Below, in pieces: positions 6,818 through 6,877 of a stretch of 6,877 bases of DNA. The position numbers were made by a program, and so were the translations under genes. The notes under the pieces are model-generated. The model had not been told where the DNA came from. It worked only from the letters and a program-made list of their open reading frames with translations, and did not search any database. Each line of letters begins with the position of its first letter. Position 1 is the first letter of the stretch. Origin of the DNA: an uncultured archaeon (GTDB taxonomy: Archaea > Asgardarchaeota > Lokiarchaeia > Sigyniarchaeales > Promethearchaeaceae); assembly GCA_964426185.1 (NCBI GenBank), contig CAYRPF010000001.1, positions 24,821 through 31,697 of the forward strand, in the 5' to 3' direction.

Positions 6818-6839
6818 AGCGCAGACGGCTGCGCTTTTT
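6818..6839 (+). terminator. GC-rich hairpin plus T-tract downstream of the tRNA
   Basis: AGCGCAG-ACGG-CTGCGCT-TTTT: perfect 7-bp stem, 4-nt loop, then a T run. Confidence 0.6.
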
Positions 6840-6877
6840 GGCGCAAGAGAATCATCAACAAACATCTTTCTTCCCGT

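Noticed and set aside
1-6877. CRISPR array, IS element or integrase
   Set aside because: No regularly spaced repeats, terminal inverted repeats or recombinase motifs were seen.

Overview
AT-rich archaeal window, most likely Asgard/Lokiarchaeia-like (inferred from the TFB type, archaeal tRNA and TATA-type promoters; not proven). It holds a divergent TFB/TFIIB gene on the minus strand that runs off the left edge and is missing from the ORF track, followed by a ~520-bp AT-rich intergenic region. Next is a large GH35/GH42-like (GlmA-architecture) gene on the minus strand whose catalytic glutamates appear to be lost. An APC-family permease with about four extra C-terminal TM helices and a tRNA-Leu(GAG) followed by a hairpin/T-tract lie on the plus strand. 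The main unannotated element is an ~80-nt box C/D RNA at 4240-4319 (+) in the divergent intergenic region. It has two full K-turns, a terminal stem, an internal GNRA-capped hairpin, two equal 16-nt spacers, and a candidate promoter and terminator of its own.
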